Source: Lama guanicoe
Taxonomy: Eukaryota
Length of the DNA stretch: 64,000 nt
Assembly: GCA_013239625.1 (NCBI GenBank)
Contig: MU054391.1
Span: 2,943,130 to 3,007,129, forward strand
Direction: 5' to 3'
Numbering within the stretch: the stretch's first letter is position 1; each line of letters opens with the position of its first letter. Below are positions 38,415-51,050 of this stretch, one piece after another. Under the pieces are notes generated by a model that saw only the letters and a list, made by a program, of their open reading frames with translations, was not told where the DNA came from and made no database searches. The position numbers and the translations under genes are program-made.

Positions 38415-39228
38415 TTTTAACTGAAACTTCATGCCCGTTGGCTAGTGACTTCGCAAGTCCCCCGTCCCCGCCCCTACCCGCCCCACCCCTGGCAACCGCC
38501 ATTCTGCTCTTTGAGTCGATGGACTTGACTCTTTTGGAATATCTCAGATAAGCGGAGTCACACACTATTTATCTTCCTGTGACTTGCTTATTTCACTTCG
38601 CCTGACATCCTCAATACACTCAGCGTTCGTCTGTGTTGTCATAGGTTACAGAATTTCCTTCTTTTTAAAGACTGAACAGTACTCCATTGTGTGTGTGTGT
38701 GTATATATATATGTGTGTGTGTATATATATATTTCTTATCCATTTATCTGTAAATGGACATTTAGGTTGCTTGCACATCTTAGGTATTGTAAATATTGCT
38801 GCAATTACTGTGGGAATGCTAATGCCTCTTGGAGATCCTGATTCCAACTCTTTTGGATAATTACCCAGCAGTGGGGCTGCTGAATCAGGCGGGAGTTCCA
38901 CTTTTAATTTTTTGAGGAAACTCTGTACTGTTTTCCCTAATGACTGCACCATTTTGTACCCCCCCAACAGTGCACAGGGTTCTGATTTCTCCACCTCCTC
39001 TCAACACGTGTCTAGATTTCTGACAGCAGCCGTCCTGACAGGGGGGAGGTGGTGTCTCATCGTGGTTCTGATTCGCATTTCCCTGATGCTTAGTGGCGCT
39101 GAACATCTTTTCATATGCTTGTTAGCCATTTGTATGTCCTCTTTTGAGACATGTTTAGGTCCTTAGTTCATTTCTTAATCTGGGTATTGTTTGTGTTTTG
39201 ATTGTTTTCCTCTTGAGTTGTAGCAGCT
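38415..39228 (-). mobile_element. LINE-1 (L1MA type) ORF2 C-terminus and 3' UTR fragment
   Basis: Minus-strand ORF 38665-38994 reads FLKKLKVELPPDSAAPLLGNYPKE...AAIFTIPKMCKQPKCPFTDKWIR, the L1 ORF2p C-terminus. Confidence 0.93.
38688..38732. repeat. Compound (TG)n(TA)n microsatellite inside L1
   Basis: tgtgtgtgtgtgtgtatatatatatgtgtgtgtgtatatatatat. Confidence 0.95.
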
Positions 39229-41177
39229 CCAAACATCAATTCTGAACACAATCGTCATTCCTACATCACAATTGTCATTATTTTTATCTTCATTCCTTCT
39301 TTTCAGTACATCTGGGATTAAAATAAAGAGGGGGGGGAACAAGGATTCTGGGACACCTCATTTTCAGATCAATTAAGGACTCACAAGAAATCATTAAGTG
39401 CTTGAACTTGAAAGAAAAGTTTTCTACCAAGTCTATGTTCCTCCAGAAATATTTTGGCTCTAAGGAATACAGTGTATCTTTGGACAGAGACAGAGAATTT
39501 AAAAGCCTCTGGACACCTTTATAAAGGGCAGCATCGGGACATAGTTCTGTGTACGTGGAAGGCGGGCAGAACGGGCTTCGGCTCCGCTGAGCCAACACCG
39601 ACTCTCTATGTGGACTTTTTCTGGGGACTTACTTTCTTCTAAAATACAGAGCTGTCCCTACTACCTTACTTGGAGTTTCCAATTAGCTACGTTTCTGGTT
39701 AAGCAAAATTTTCCTGTTTTATAACTTTTACCTTCCAGGCAAAGTGACATTCACACACACGAGATTCCAACCTGAGCCTTAGAACACCGCTCCAGCTACG
39801 GGGCTCCTGTTTCCTTGGTTTGGATACTTTTTCTCTGCAGGGACAGTCTGGGCTCTCCTGGAGTGTTCTTTGTTCTCTTACGTGACTTCATTTTCCCTCT
39901 CTAATCTTTCCAGTCATTAAAAATGTCTGAAATCTGAGTCCTTAAGCATTTTTCCTGTAGTATGTTAGCCCCTAAGAGGCATATAATGTTCCCTAAAGCA
40001 AGGATGATGTGTATTAGGCAGAGCAAAAGGAAGAGGCCTATAAATACTTAAAGAGAAGAGCAATGACCCTCTGAGAGGGGCCCTGGAAGCCAGCAAACAT
40101 ATTGAATGGCCTCGGAAGTTCCTTCCCTGGATGTGTCAAGACGTGGTCAGCAAGGTGACCTTTTCCAGATCTTGTCCTTTCTGTGTGAGAACCATCGTGT
40201 TGTGAATACACTCAGTTCCACATCTAAGTGCATCCTTGAGGGTCAGATTACTCGCCAAGCTTGCACTCACGGCACACCGCGACATACCTTGATGGTTACT
40301 TCTGTGGTTCTCCATTGACACGATCACGTTCAGTTTCATCCATAGGTTTTCTCCGTGTTCACAAGGAGAACAGAGTAGATGATCAGGAAACCTGTAATTG
40401 CCTGTTTTTCCAGCAGCCATTTCCCTCCCTATCAGGTTTTACAGGAAATGCTTATAATCAGATTTCCAATTTTACCAACGAAAAGGAATCTGGTTTTTAA
40501 TATCACTCACTGTGATAGCTGGAAGGGGCTTTAGACAGCATCTAACACAATCTCCTAGCTTTGCTTTTTACTTAAGCCCCAAAATGTTAAGTTTGCAGAG
40601 TTTGTGGAATATCTGGAACAAGGACCCAGGTTCCAAGTCCCGCCGTCTCAGTGTTTTTACTTCCCTCACTCCCACCCTGCAACATATTGAAATCTCATCC
40701 TAAAGTTTTTTAGAAACTAGAGAAAAAAAAGGCATCGGTAATCTCATTATTTGATTTCCAAACTTTTGGTTAATAGGTGCATTTTTCATTGTGTTAATTA
40801 TGATATGAATTCATTTATATAGATATTTGTTGATAATCTATTATATATTAGACACTGTGCTTCATACTAAAAATGTGACAATTAACTCGTTCCTCAATAA
40901 GATGACAGAACAGCTTCAAAGGCAAACAAGTAAACAGGCAACAATTATATAGTTTTTTTTTTCTCTTTTTTAGAAAGGCCTACAAAAGTCAGCAATGTGT
41001 TGTTTTGGAAGCTTTAGAAGAGATGGTTACCTCAGTCTTGGGGTGATCAGAGAAATAAAGTGAAAATTAGCATTCACATCCCATGCACAATGTTTTCTCT
41101 TCCCCTTCTGCAGAGGAATTAAGCATGTTAACCCTCCTTGCAGAGGTCAAGTGACCTTCCATGTGGAAAAAAGAAAA

Positions 41178-41295
41178 AGGGCTCTGTAGTCAGACATCCT
41201 ATTTTCAAATGCTGGTTCTTTCTGCGTGACCTATACTAAGTTAATTAACCTCTTTGTACTTCAGTGTTGCATCCATAAAACTGGGATGATATCAC
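41178..41295 (+). mobile_element. MIR SINE
   Basis: ggctctgtagtcagaca...ttcaaatgctggttct...gtgacct...aagttaattaacctctttgtacttcagt...ataaaactgggatgata. Confidence 0.8.
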
Positions 41296-42092
41296 GTTTT
41301 CTTGATTAGAAAAAGCCACTAATTGTAAGAGCTATTATAGACAAAATGACAGCTTGTTGACATGAAGGAATATGTCATAATACACACACACGTTCAACCA
41401 ATGATAACATACTTATGACAGTCTGTGACACTTTCTTCCACAATATCATAACCAAATTATGATAAATCTAAACTTTCTTCTTATTAGGTAATAAGAACGC
41501 TTCAGAATTATTTTTACTACAGGAAGTTGTACATCATATCATGATACATTTTTATAAACCATACACATCATCTGTTTTTTAACACTTGTGTTGATAATTT
41601 AATTTTGAGGAAAGTGAAAACTATCAGCATTTTACCTAGCTTTTTGTACACTTACTCTTCTACTTTTTCTCTTAATAAAATTATGTATTACTGACAGCTA
41701 AACAGCTGCTCTTAAGTGTCAGCTTGAGAAGACTTTTGGCCTCAAGATGTAGAAAGAACAGGAGCTGAAATTTCCCTCCTATACCGCAAATCCACAGGAA
41801 CATATGAAGAAAACCAACATCATGAAAGAAACAAAACATACTCAGCAAATTAAAAAACTGAAAAGCAAAATCTAAAAAGTGCTTGAATACAAGTAAATTT
41901 GATATCAATGGAGAAATAAAGAGATACTCATGAAAGAAGAACTGGAGACTGTAAAACAAGACTAGGCACTACAAGAAAAAAATCCTATCAGAGAACTATT
42001 AGAGAGGCGTAATTCTTATTAGAGGGGAATAAATCATAGTAGATTTAAAAAAATTGATGCTAGTATGTTGGCAGCAGTGTTGTGGAAAAATG

Positions 42093-42620
42093 TGTTACAG
42101 CTCAGTTGTGATGGCAACCTGGATCCAGGTGAGAGACCAAGCAGCACTTGGAGAGTTGGAGAACTCAGGCTTATTATACCAGTGGGCCCAGAGAAGTTAA
42201 CACTCCAAGCTCTGGATAATGTCTGTAGATTTATACTGGCTTTTTTTTTATAGGCTGCCAGTTTACACTTTGCAACACCATATGCAAATGAGGTATAATG
42301 AAAGTTGACTAATTAGGAGCAAGCTTTGTAGAAATGGACCAATCAGGAGGGAGAGAACCAATCAAGAGTGAGGGAAGTGGACCAATCAGCAGTGAGCTCC
42401 ATGCAAATAAAGTACTACAAATGGACCAATCAGAAGTTAGGGAAATGAACCAATCAGGAGTGAGCTCAGGGAACCAATAGAATTTTAGAGGTAAGCAAGC
42501 TGCTTCAGAGGCAAAAAGTGAGATAGAGCCTCTAGGCCAGGGAACCAGATGGTGCTGGCAGGAGAGCAGTGGCCCTGCCTAGGGGGTCCTGCTGGTCTTT
42601 TTATGGGGCTTCCTGCCTCA
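42093..42620 (-). mobile_element. Solo ERV LTR with CCAAT array
   Basis: On the minus strand it reads TGaggcagg...gagctgtaaCA (528 bp), with TATA-like cctataaaa near 42250 and poly-A-like aataag near 42170. The target-site duplication is not cleanly resolved. Confidence 0.8.
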
Positions 42621-43104
42621 ACGGGGGTGAGGTGGAGATAACTGTCATCAAATGGATTTTTAAAAAATCGGTTAAAACATTTATGGCAAACATTTAAGAA
42701 AAACAACTAGAAAAATAGAAATAGATGTTGTTACATCAAATCTCTAGAGAAAGAAAAAAAGACAAAACAAAACAAAACAAAAAAAGGAAACTCAGACCAA
42801 AAGAAGTAATAATAAGCATGGTAAACAGAAAACACAAAGTTTTAAGAACTAAGTCCTCATTTAAGAACCATGATAAGTATGAAAAGATTAAAGTCACCTG
42901 GAAGTCAGAAGGAAATATCTAGAACAAAATTTCAAAAAGGTATTAAATTGGAGAATAGGGAAAAAGGTACACCAAACAAATGCTGATAAAAATATAAGCA
43001 GCACAGGCAGGGAAGCCAAAAGAGAATTCAAAGCAAAAGTCTTTAAACAGAACAAAGAAGAATATTTATTTGGAAAGTTAAAATAGCTATGAACTTTACA
43101 TCGC

Positions 43105-43633
43105 TGCAATAGAGGAGAACAAATCTGACTCCATTTTGGATCTGTTACTTTAGCTTTAAACACTGTGCCCTGTATTCTAGGCTCTGCACCTTTTGTAAAG
43201 CAATGTTGCCTTTAGCCTGAAATATGCAGGAGCGCCTCTTCCCGGGGCTCTGACCTTTAAGGATGTCAGCTCTTCTGCACTTAGTGGAGATGGCAAGTTG
43301 CAAAACAGAGAATAACCATTGTTTTGTTGGAGGTTTACAGGGACACCATGGCCTGGCCCACGTGGATGGCTGCAAGGACAAAGAATTCCTGCGGAAAGAA
43401 ATTTGCAACAACCAACCACACCCTCTTCCTTGTTTTGTTTTGTTTTGTTTTGTTGTTTTAATAAAAGGAGTCCGTATTCTGACTGGAGCAGGATGATTCT
43501 CCAAGACATTAGTCTGCCATCCTCTCGGTCTGCCAGCTTTCTGAATAAAGTCACTTTTCCTTGCCCCAATACCTCTTCTCCCAATTTATTGGCCTGTCGT
43601 GCGGTGAGCAGAAGGAGTCTGGACTCGGTAACA
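43105..43633 (+). mobile_element. Solo ERV1-like LTR
   Basis: TGcaatag...tcggtaaCA (529 bp), gactccattttg near the 5' end, TATA-like ttaataaaagg near 43460, AATAAA at about 43544. Flanks tcgc / ttac are compatible with a CpG-decayed 4-bp target duplication. The host L1 resumes on either side. Confidence 0.85.
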
Positions 43634-45944
43634 TTACTAACAATATAGATTCAAAATACAGAAAGCAAATTACTAGAGATAAAATTTAGCTCAGAAACCA
43701 ACAAAGTACATAATAATTCATTACAACTACAGGAGATTTGATTAAATATTTAACAAGGGTGACTTCTTAATCCACATTAATATTTGAATCATGTATATGC
43801 ATATATATTAATTGTATATATTTGGATATATATCTTGAACGTGAGCTTACATGGATGCCAGTCTGACATGAATACGGATAAAGACATAGATGAAATATGG
43901 AGAAGTGAACACAACACGAACAGTGTATGTTTATTATTTCTAAACATCAGTGGGGCATGTACAAAGATATACCAAAAATTAGTCAGCTAATTTGTCTCAG
44001 GAAATTAAAAAAAAAAAACCTGATCTAGAACATCAATGGAAAACATTAGAAATTTTCAAGACAAGTATGTCCACACTTCCAATACAGAAATTAAATAGGG
44101 GGAGCTTTTCAAACCTGGATATCTGGCCCCTGAATGTCTCATCAAGTTCTAATAATGTTGAAAAGTCTATGATTTATTCTGCGACATTTGGCTTCTTCTA
44201 CAGTCTTTAATTGCATTGCCTAGTATATGGTGTGCAAATTTGCATGTATACAATGCCTTTCTAATGCCAGTACTCGAATAAGGTGTTATATTTTAATGAT
44301 ATTTTAAGTAACATTTAAGGATGGACATTTAAGTTAAAGTTAAGTCTATTTCTATAAATGGAAATATCAAAACTGAAATAATAATTAGTTGAAGGGCTCC
44401 CTTTTAAAGTTGGCAAAATTCATATGTGAAGGTAGTGACAACTATTATTAGAATGTATTTCATCCCTTTACTGGTGACCAGATAGAATATTTTTATATAG
44501 TTGAATGTTAAATGTTAAATAAAAAGGTGTCCTAGAACCAAAAGAATGCATTAATCTCTACCTTTCTGGGCGGTGGGTAGTGGCATCATGTAGTCAAAGC
44601 CTCACAAAATCCCTGCCAAGTGAGTGGTCGTTAAACCACATAAAGCCCAGCGTCGTTGTTCAAGTGCTAAGAGAGAGAGAAACGCGTCTTCTTCCACCGG
44701 AAGAACCATCGCAGACAAGATGGACAATTATTTTAAAGTTGCCACCTAAGAGCCCAACTGCAGGGAGCAGCAGGCCCCCCGCAGACGGAAGGGCTGGCGC
44801 TTTCTTTACAGTTGCCGCGCCCACCCCGTGCCGCCTGGGGTGCGGACCTGCTGGCTAGAGTTTTTCACCCTCCGTGGGGCCCACGCTTTCCACGGCCACC
44901 ATCCCGCCTTTTCTGACTCTTGCCAGTGTTGGATTCATAGAAACTGCAGAGGTTTGAGGTTGATGCCAAACAAGTCTACTTGACTAATACTTATTTTTAA
45001 CCTAAATTTCACTCCATTGTCAAGTTCACCAGGAGGAGAAAAAGTGGTCAGATTTCGGGGGAAAAGCTGCAAACAGCACTAATCCACTGTAAATCGACCG
45101 TTTTGGCAAGACTTCTCTCAGGTTGATTTGCTGACTGTGTTTGTCGGGCTTAAAGGGAGCAGCAAGGCCTGGTGACCCGAGGAACCCTTTGCCTAACCCT
45201 AACCTTACCCCTAAGCCTAAGCCTACAGGGACAGGAGAGACAGTGGTTCTCGGAACCCAGCTGGGAGCATCTGAGTGCCGTGGAGAGAGGGCTGCCCAGT
45301 CAGGGTAGGTAGGATCCAGACAGACAGGGCAGCCAGGCCCCGATTCCTCTCTCCCGGACCTTTTGAATTTCTGCCGGTGCCTAACGCTGGCTGAGCCCTG
45401 AAGCCTGCGGGAAGGGGACCCCTGGCGGGACGGGCTGCTGAGAAGAGCCCGGGAGGCCCTGAGCAGGCTGGGGAGGGCGTGGGGAGCCGTCCAGTGTGCG
45501 GCACTCAGGAGTTGCTTCATCTCTATTGCTTTAGTTGGACTGACACCACTTCCCTGGGTTCTGACCAAGCCTTGTCTTGTCTAATCACCCCCGTCCTTGT
45601 TTTAGCAGTGAGGTATGACCCACTATTTACTCGTTTGAATGTTACTACAAGAGGACATGGATCGGGACTGAAATGGACATTTTGGGGAGCCTCTTGCATG
45701 GGGCACTTGCACAAAAACACTCATGTAATCCACACTTTACCCTGTGAAGCCAGTACCAGAGGCCCCATTTTGTAACTGGAGAGAGCCCCGCCCACCTCCC
45801 GCCTTCGTTCCACATGAATGGGTGCCGGAGGGGCCAGGAAGAGCGGACCCTGCTCTCCCACCGCAAAGCCTGGGGCTGCTCTGTCCTTAGCCCTCTGAGA
45901 ACTCGAAGGGGAGGGGACAAGTGCTAACAAATTAGGTTTGTTGG

Positions 45945-46497
45945 GGTATTTTTGACTCTTTATACTGAGATAATTAAACACGTAGAAAAATGTTGCAGAA
46001 GCGTACAGAGAGATCCCAAATGCCCTGCCCCCCAGCTTCCCCGGGTGGTAGCATGGAGCATCTGCACAGCAGGATGGTCGTGCTAAGGATCGCAGGCCGC
46101 TGCGGTGGCCTTGGTGTTTCGCCAGGGTTATCACTCATGTCACTCCTCTGTCCCAGGACTCCACGCAGGACCCCGGTCACCTTAAGCGGTAGTATCCCCT
46201 TTGCCTCCTCCGCTCTGCAGCAGCACCCCCAGTCTCTGCCCGTCTTTCACGACCTTCATCAACACCCTGGGGACGTTCTGGTCGGGAGTTTTGCAGAGTG
46301 TGCCTCAGTCTAGGCTGGCCTGATGTTTCCTCAGAATCAGACGGAGACCTGAGTACGTCGCCATCTCTGGGTACATGATGTCCACGTGACTCACCCCTGG
46401 TGCTATTAACTGCGGTCACTTGGTTAAGGTGGTGTCTGCCCGGTTGCTCCCCAGTGAAGTTCCATTTTTCCCTTGTAATTAATAAGTGTTTATTCTG
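45945..46497 (-). mobile_element. Old L1MC-type 3' UTR fragment
   Basis: gaaaaatgttgcagaag...cccagcttcccc...tgatgtttcctca...tcacttggttaaggtggtgtctgcc...tttttcccttgtaattaataag. Confidence 0.75.
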
Positions 46498-46582
46498 AAG
46501 GCATGTGTGTAAATAGATGCTTAAACGTTTAAACTTTCACCTACGGAAACCATGAAAATAATTCTGGGTCTAATTTCTGGGT

Positions 46583-46959
46583 TGTGTCACTGAGCCCAGG
46601 CTCTCCCGACAAAATACCACGGACTGGGTGGCTTAAGGGACAGAAGTGACTTCTCTCACGGGTCTGGCAGGTAGACATCTGAGATCAAGGTGTCAGTGAA
46701 GCCGGTTCCTCCTGGGACCTCTCGCCTCAGCTCACAGATGCCCACCTTCCCCCGTGTCCTCCGTGAGCACACACGTCTGTTGTCTCCTCCTCTTCTAATA
46801 AGGACACCAGCTACGGTGGATTAGGGACCACCCTAATGGCCTAATTTTAATTTCGTCACTATGTTAAAAGCCTGTATCTCCAAATAGTCACGTTCTAATG
46901 TGCTGGGGGTTGGAGATTCAACGATGAATTTTGAGGAGGGTCCAATTCAGCCCATAAAA
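46583..46959 (-). mobile_element. MaLR solo LTR (MLT1B-like)
   Basis: acaaaataccacggactgggtggctta...tctgagatcaaggtgtcag...taaggacaccag...ggattaggg...tatctccaaatagtcac...aattcagcccataa. Confidence 0.9.
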
Positions 46960-49059
46960 TGTGTGTGCGTGTTTGCAAGCTGGCATGCAGTTAAAATGCA
47001 GTGGAGTACGGGGCAAAGGCAGACAATGAATGTGTGCGACACTGGTGGTTTGTGGCAGGAAGTTAGAGAGAGAAACGGAATCAGGATGACTAAAGCTTGC
47101 ACGCCGTCTGCAGTGTTCTGTGTCTCAGTCAGAGGACGAGGGTCACAGGTATTCATAATATCACATTTTGTACTTTTATGACATCTGAAATAGTCCTTAA
47201 TGAACGATCAGTCATCCTTTAAGCAAAAGTAAGGAAAGAGACAATGGGACAAGGGAGGAGAAGGAGTAACCTAGCATTTGTCTCCAAAAATTAGTTTTTG
47301 ATAAGAGCATTGCTATATTGAAAGGAAAATTAAACCTGACACCCCCTAAATCCCTGCCTATGAGGGACCAGCACTTACTAAGTACTTGTTACTAACCAGA
47401 GTCCAAGGCCCCCCTCAGACCCTCCTCAGGAACTGCAGGTGGGCTCCGTAAGTATCTGCAATGTCCTTGCTATTGGACAGCAAACAGGAGGACACCAGGG
47501 ACCACCAGGCTCTGACCTGGCCTCCTGGCCTGAGGACAGCTGGCTCTCAGCCGATGTTGATGTGCCGCCTGGGATGGGATGGAAGTGGGTCCATCAGGCA
47601 GCTCCCAGGTGGGTGGGAAGAGCCTAGTTCAGGCATCCATCGTGCTTCCCACCGCCAGCTCCGGTCCCAGGTACTTCTTTGCACTTTGGGGAGCCATACA
47701 GAACGGGTGTTGAGACGTAAATGCCAGCTGGACCACCTGTGTGTTTCTAGCCCACATCTGCAGCTCTGGCTTCGTCTGCCGTCCCCTGCTAACAGCTTTC
47801 CATGCACCTCCTGGCATTCACTGTGCCCTCGCCATGGGGTGAGGCCACGGGCTGCCACATTCTCCAGGCTTTGGTGTTCTTGTCCTCCTGCCCTCACGGT
47901 TGTATGGATTCTGACCTGCAAGACTCCCAGAGGGAAGTCAAGTACAGCCTCCTCATTCAACACAAGAGGAAACCTGACCTGGAGGGGCGAAGCCATTCGT
48001 ACAAGGACGCGGGTACAGCTAGTGGTGGAGGGAGTGGGCCTCCATGGGGTGAGACGTGATCTTCCGTGGCGGGCGTTGAGCTGCGAAGCACCTCTGCCGT
48101 CTGTAGCGCCACCGCTAGAGACGCAGTCCTTTGTGTTTAAAGCCCAGTGACTCCACGGGCTCTCCTCTTTCAATGCCAGTGCCTCTGAGGGACCCAGTAA
48201 ACCACCTCCAGTTGTTACTGCTCTCATGTGAGCTGGTCTGCTAGGCATTAACGCACTGGTTACCCAGTAAATCAGTGAGGAAATTATGGGGCCAGCAACT
48301 TACAAGCTTTGGCGTTAGACAGCTAGGGAGCGCTCACGCCGACACTCGCTGTGTTCCTGGACACATCCCCTAACCTCCCCAAGCGTCTCCAGTGTTGCCT
48401 TATAAGATGAGGAAAAAGCACTGACCGTATATAATAACTGAATATTTACATCAGGTAGTCTGCTTAAACTCTTAGCGTGGTCTTATCACCTGCTAAGGAA
48501 TGGGGTGCATTTGTCTTTTTATTGCAATGTTAAATGTCTATGGGTGGAAGAGGGGCTTGACCGGTAGTGAGTTCCCCTTTTGCTGGAGGCAACAATGGTG
48601 CAGTGGAATGCCCAGTGAGTTAAGAACTACAAAGAAAAATGACTTAATAAAGGGTTATCTGACAACCAAAGACAAACAGACAAACAAAACCCATCAGATT
48701 TGGAATTATGGTTTGGAGATGCCATTTTCTTGTTTTCACCAACTTTTATAATGCAGCATCGGTCAAGGGGGATTTCAGCAGTGTAGACAGATACCATGTC
48801 AACTGGCACGTAGCTCACTGGGCACACAATGATTTTCTGCACTTGTAGAAAGAATCAGACTTGTAATTAATTGAAAATGAAGTTTTGAGTCTCACAGCGT
48901 TTGTAGCCTCGTGAATCACTGTATCACGATTGTCTTCTGACAAAGTAACTTGATGGGATTGAAATATTTAACTCATAATCCTGATAATTAGATTCAGAAT
49001 CCTGTGGCTTGGAAAGGTACTTTTTCACAAGAAAGAATAAACACATGAGGTCACTCTTA

Positions 49060-49340
49060 ATCATTCACTCACTCATTCAGTAAACATTGACCGAGCATCA
49101 ATCCTATTTGCCAGGCACTGAGCAAGCCTTCGAATTAAGTACAGCGGATAATAAAACTGGCCGAATCCTTGCCTCTGTGTAGCTTTCTGTTTAGCACAAA
49201 AGAAAGACATTAAGAAAAACACAAATGAATACATAAATAAAATTTATGATAAAAATACTATGAAGGGAAAGTGTATGTGCTGAGAATGGTAGACGCCAAA
49301 AATGAATGTCGGAGTCTCCAGGAGCAGATTTCAAATAAGC
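49060..49340 (-). mobile_element. L2 3' fragment
   Basis: tcattcactcactcattcagtaaacattgaccgagcatc...tgccaggcactg. Confidence 0.75.
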
Positions 49341-50419
49341 AGGAAATTAGGAACTGGGCAAAAGGCCGTTCCTTCCAGCTTTGCTCCATCATCTCCATGT
49401 TGTCAGTTCTGTGTGCACGTGAAAACATCTCCACGTCTCTAGCGCAGTCCCCACCACATTGTTTAAGTCCCTGTCTGCCCCTCATTCTTGGGCATGAGCT
49501 CCTTGAGCCAAGACAAGGAACGGGTGATACTCACCTTGAATTCAGCAAGTCTTGCAGGCTTGGCATGGAGAGCTGTCCGTCCAGTGGGCTGAGACCTACA
49601 GCTGTAAGGGAGTATTGCAGTGAACACGGCCAACCATGCACAGAACAAGCACCCATCTAATCGCCACATTCATTACCAGCCTGGGGCACAGGTTTCCCGT
49701 TTAGTCGTGCTGAGCTCCTTGGGGAAGAACGGGGTGGCTTCCAGGGAAAGGCAACACTGCCACCATCACCACAACGTGGGGGGAGGTCGCTGGGGAGCTG
49801 GCTGCAGCGGACTGCGATGGCGTCCAAGAGCCTGCACCCCGACTAGTGCTTCATCCTGGGAAGTCACGGAAGGTACCCGTAGGCACAGTTCCTAGGAATC
49901 AGGGAGACGGCGCTGTCATCGCTCAGCAGCTGGACTCAGCTTTCCGAGCCGACCCTGGGTCCAGGCGACATTGGCTCTGTTTCCTGATCTGCAGAATGAG
50001 GGCGGGAAGTCATTGTCAAAGGCAGTGTGGTGTCATTTAAGGACTCTTGGACTTGGCCTCAGAAAAGATGAACTCAAAGCCTCAGGTCTGCGCTACGTGA
50101 GCTCTGTGAACCTCACAGCTACTTCACCTTCCTGACATTTAGTTACCTTGCTCGTCAAAGGAAGGTAGAAAATATATACTGTGTATATACTAGACCGTCT
50201 GTTTTGGTGAGAATTCGATGCAATAATCAATGTAAAAGGCTTCTGTTAATTGAACATACGATGCCAATTTCAAGACGTTTCCTCGCACTGCACCCTCACA
50301 GAGAACCTTCCTTGAGAAAACATGCCCTTTTCCTTGCGACCAAATTATTCCTTTTCTATTTTTTTTAATTCTCAGTTTGTGCTGAAGTGCCTGAAAAGTA
50401 GCAGGCGCTAAGCCACCGC

Positions 50420-51050
50420 TTGCTGCATGGGAGAGTTACCAAAGAGCCCGCGAGGCACCGGCAAAGCAGCTGTTTGGGATCAGTGGGACCTTCTGCGGCC
50501 CCGGGAGGCGGCGGCGCTCAGCCCAGCGCTGGAGGACGTGACCGCGCGGCCTTGCTGAGTGCCCGGGCCGGGCCGCGCCCTGGGCCCCTCGCTTCGCCCC
50601 GGCCGGGTGGGGGGGGGTCCATTCTCGTCCCGAGCTCGCCGTCTGCTGGGCTGTGAGAAGGCCGCCGGAGTGAAACGCAGAACCAGCAGCCCCGACCACC
50701 GACTCGGCGTCCGCGACCTAAGCAGCCTTTCTGGGCCGAGCGCGGGCCCTCGGAGAAGCCCGCTGTCGGGGCTTCGGCCGGCTGGACGTTCTTGAATCTT
50801 CGGCGGCAGAGGGACGCCCGGCCGTCACAGGAGCACAGTCAGAGGGAAGCCCTCCCCTGCAGAGGTGCCTCTCCCGCCCAGAGATCGTCCCCCCTCACGT
50901 CTTCAGAGAGTGGAGCCCCCGGCCTTCCGTGGGAGCGGGACGGCGGCGCTGCGCGTCACGGAGCCTTCGGAGGGTTCTTGGCGCGGACTGGGCCAGCTTT
51001 GCTCTCCGACCGCCGGCGCTTCAGGATCTGGCTGCCTCGGATCTGCTACG
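50420..51050. promoter_or_regulatory. CpG island (no associated gene recognised)
   Basis: About 600 bp of very high GC with dense CpG (ggcggcggcgc, ccgcgcggcc, ccgggccgggccgcgccc, ggccgagcgcgggcc). Confidence 0.7.

Larger units (their letters stand above)
41720..44100 (+). mobile_element. Ancient, highly decayed LINE-1 (ORF1 to ORF2 endonuclease region) interrupted by two LTRs
   Basis: A-rich sense strand with L1 endonuclease-region blocks: aaaaaggtacaccaaacaaatgct, gaattcaaagcaaaa, taacaatatagattcaaaatacagaaagcaaa, attatttctaaacatcagtggggcatgtacaaagata. Confidence 0.65.

Noticed and set aside
42330..42480. CRISPR-like repeat/spacer array
   Set aside because: Short CCAAT units with related, irregular spacers inside a mammalian LTR; no cas genes.
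42093..43633. Single deleted provirus with paired LTRs
   Set aside because: The LTRs are dissimilar and oppositely oriented, and the spacer is L1-like with no primer-binding site or gag/pol remnant seen.
47461..48248. Overlapping antisense ORFs of 229 and 233 aa
   Set aside because: No domain resemblance, and both strands being open is explained by local GC content.
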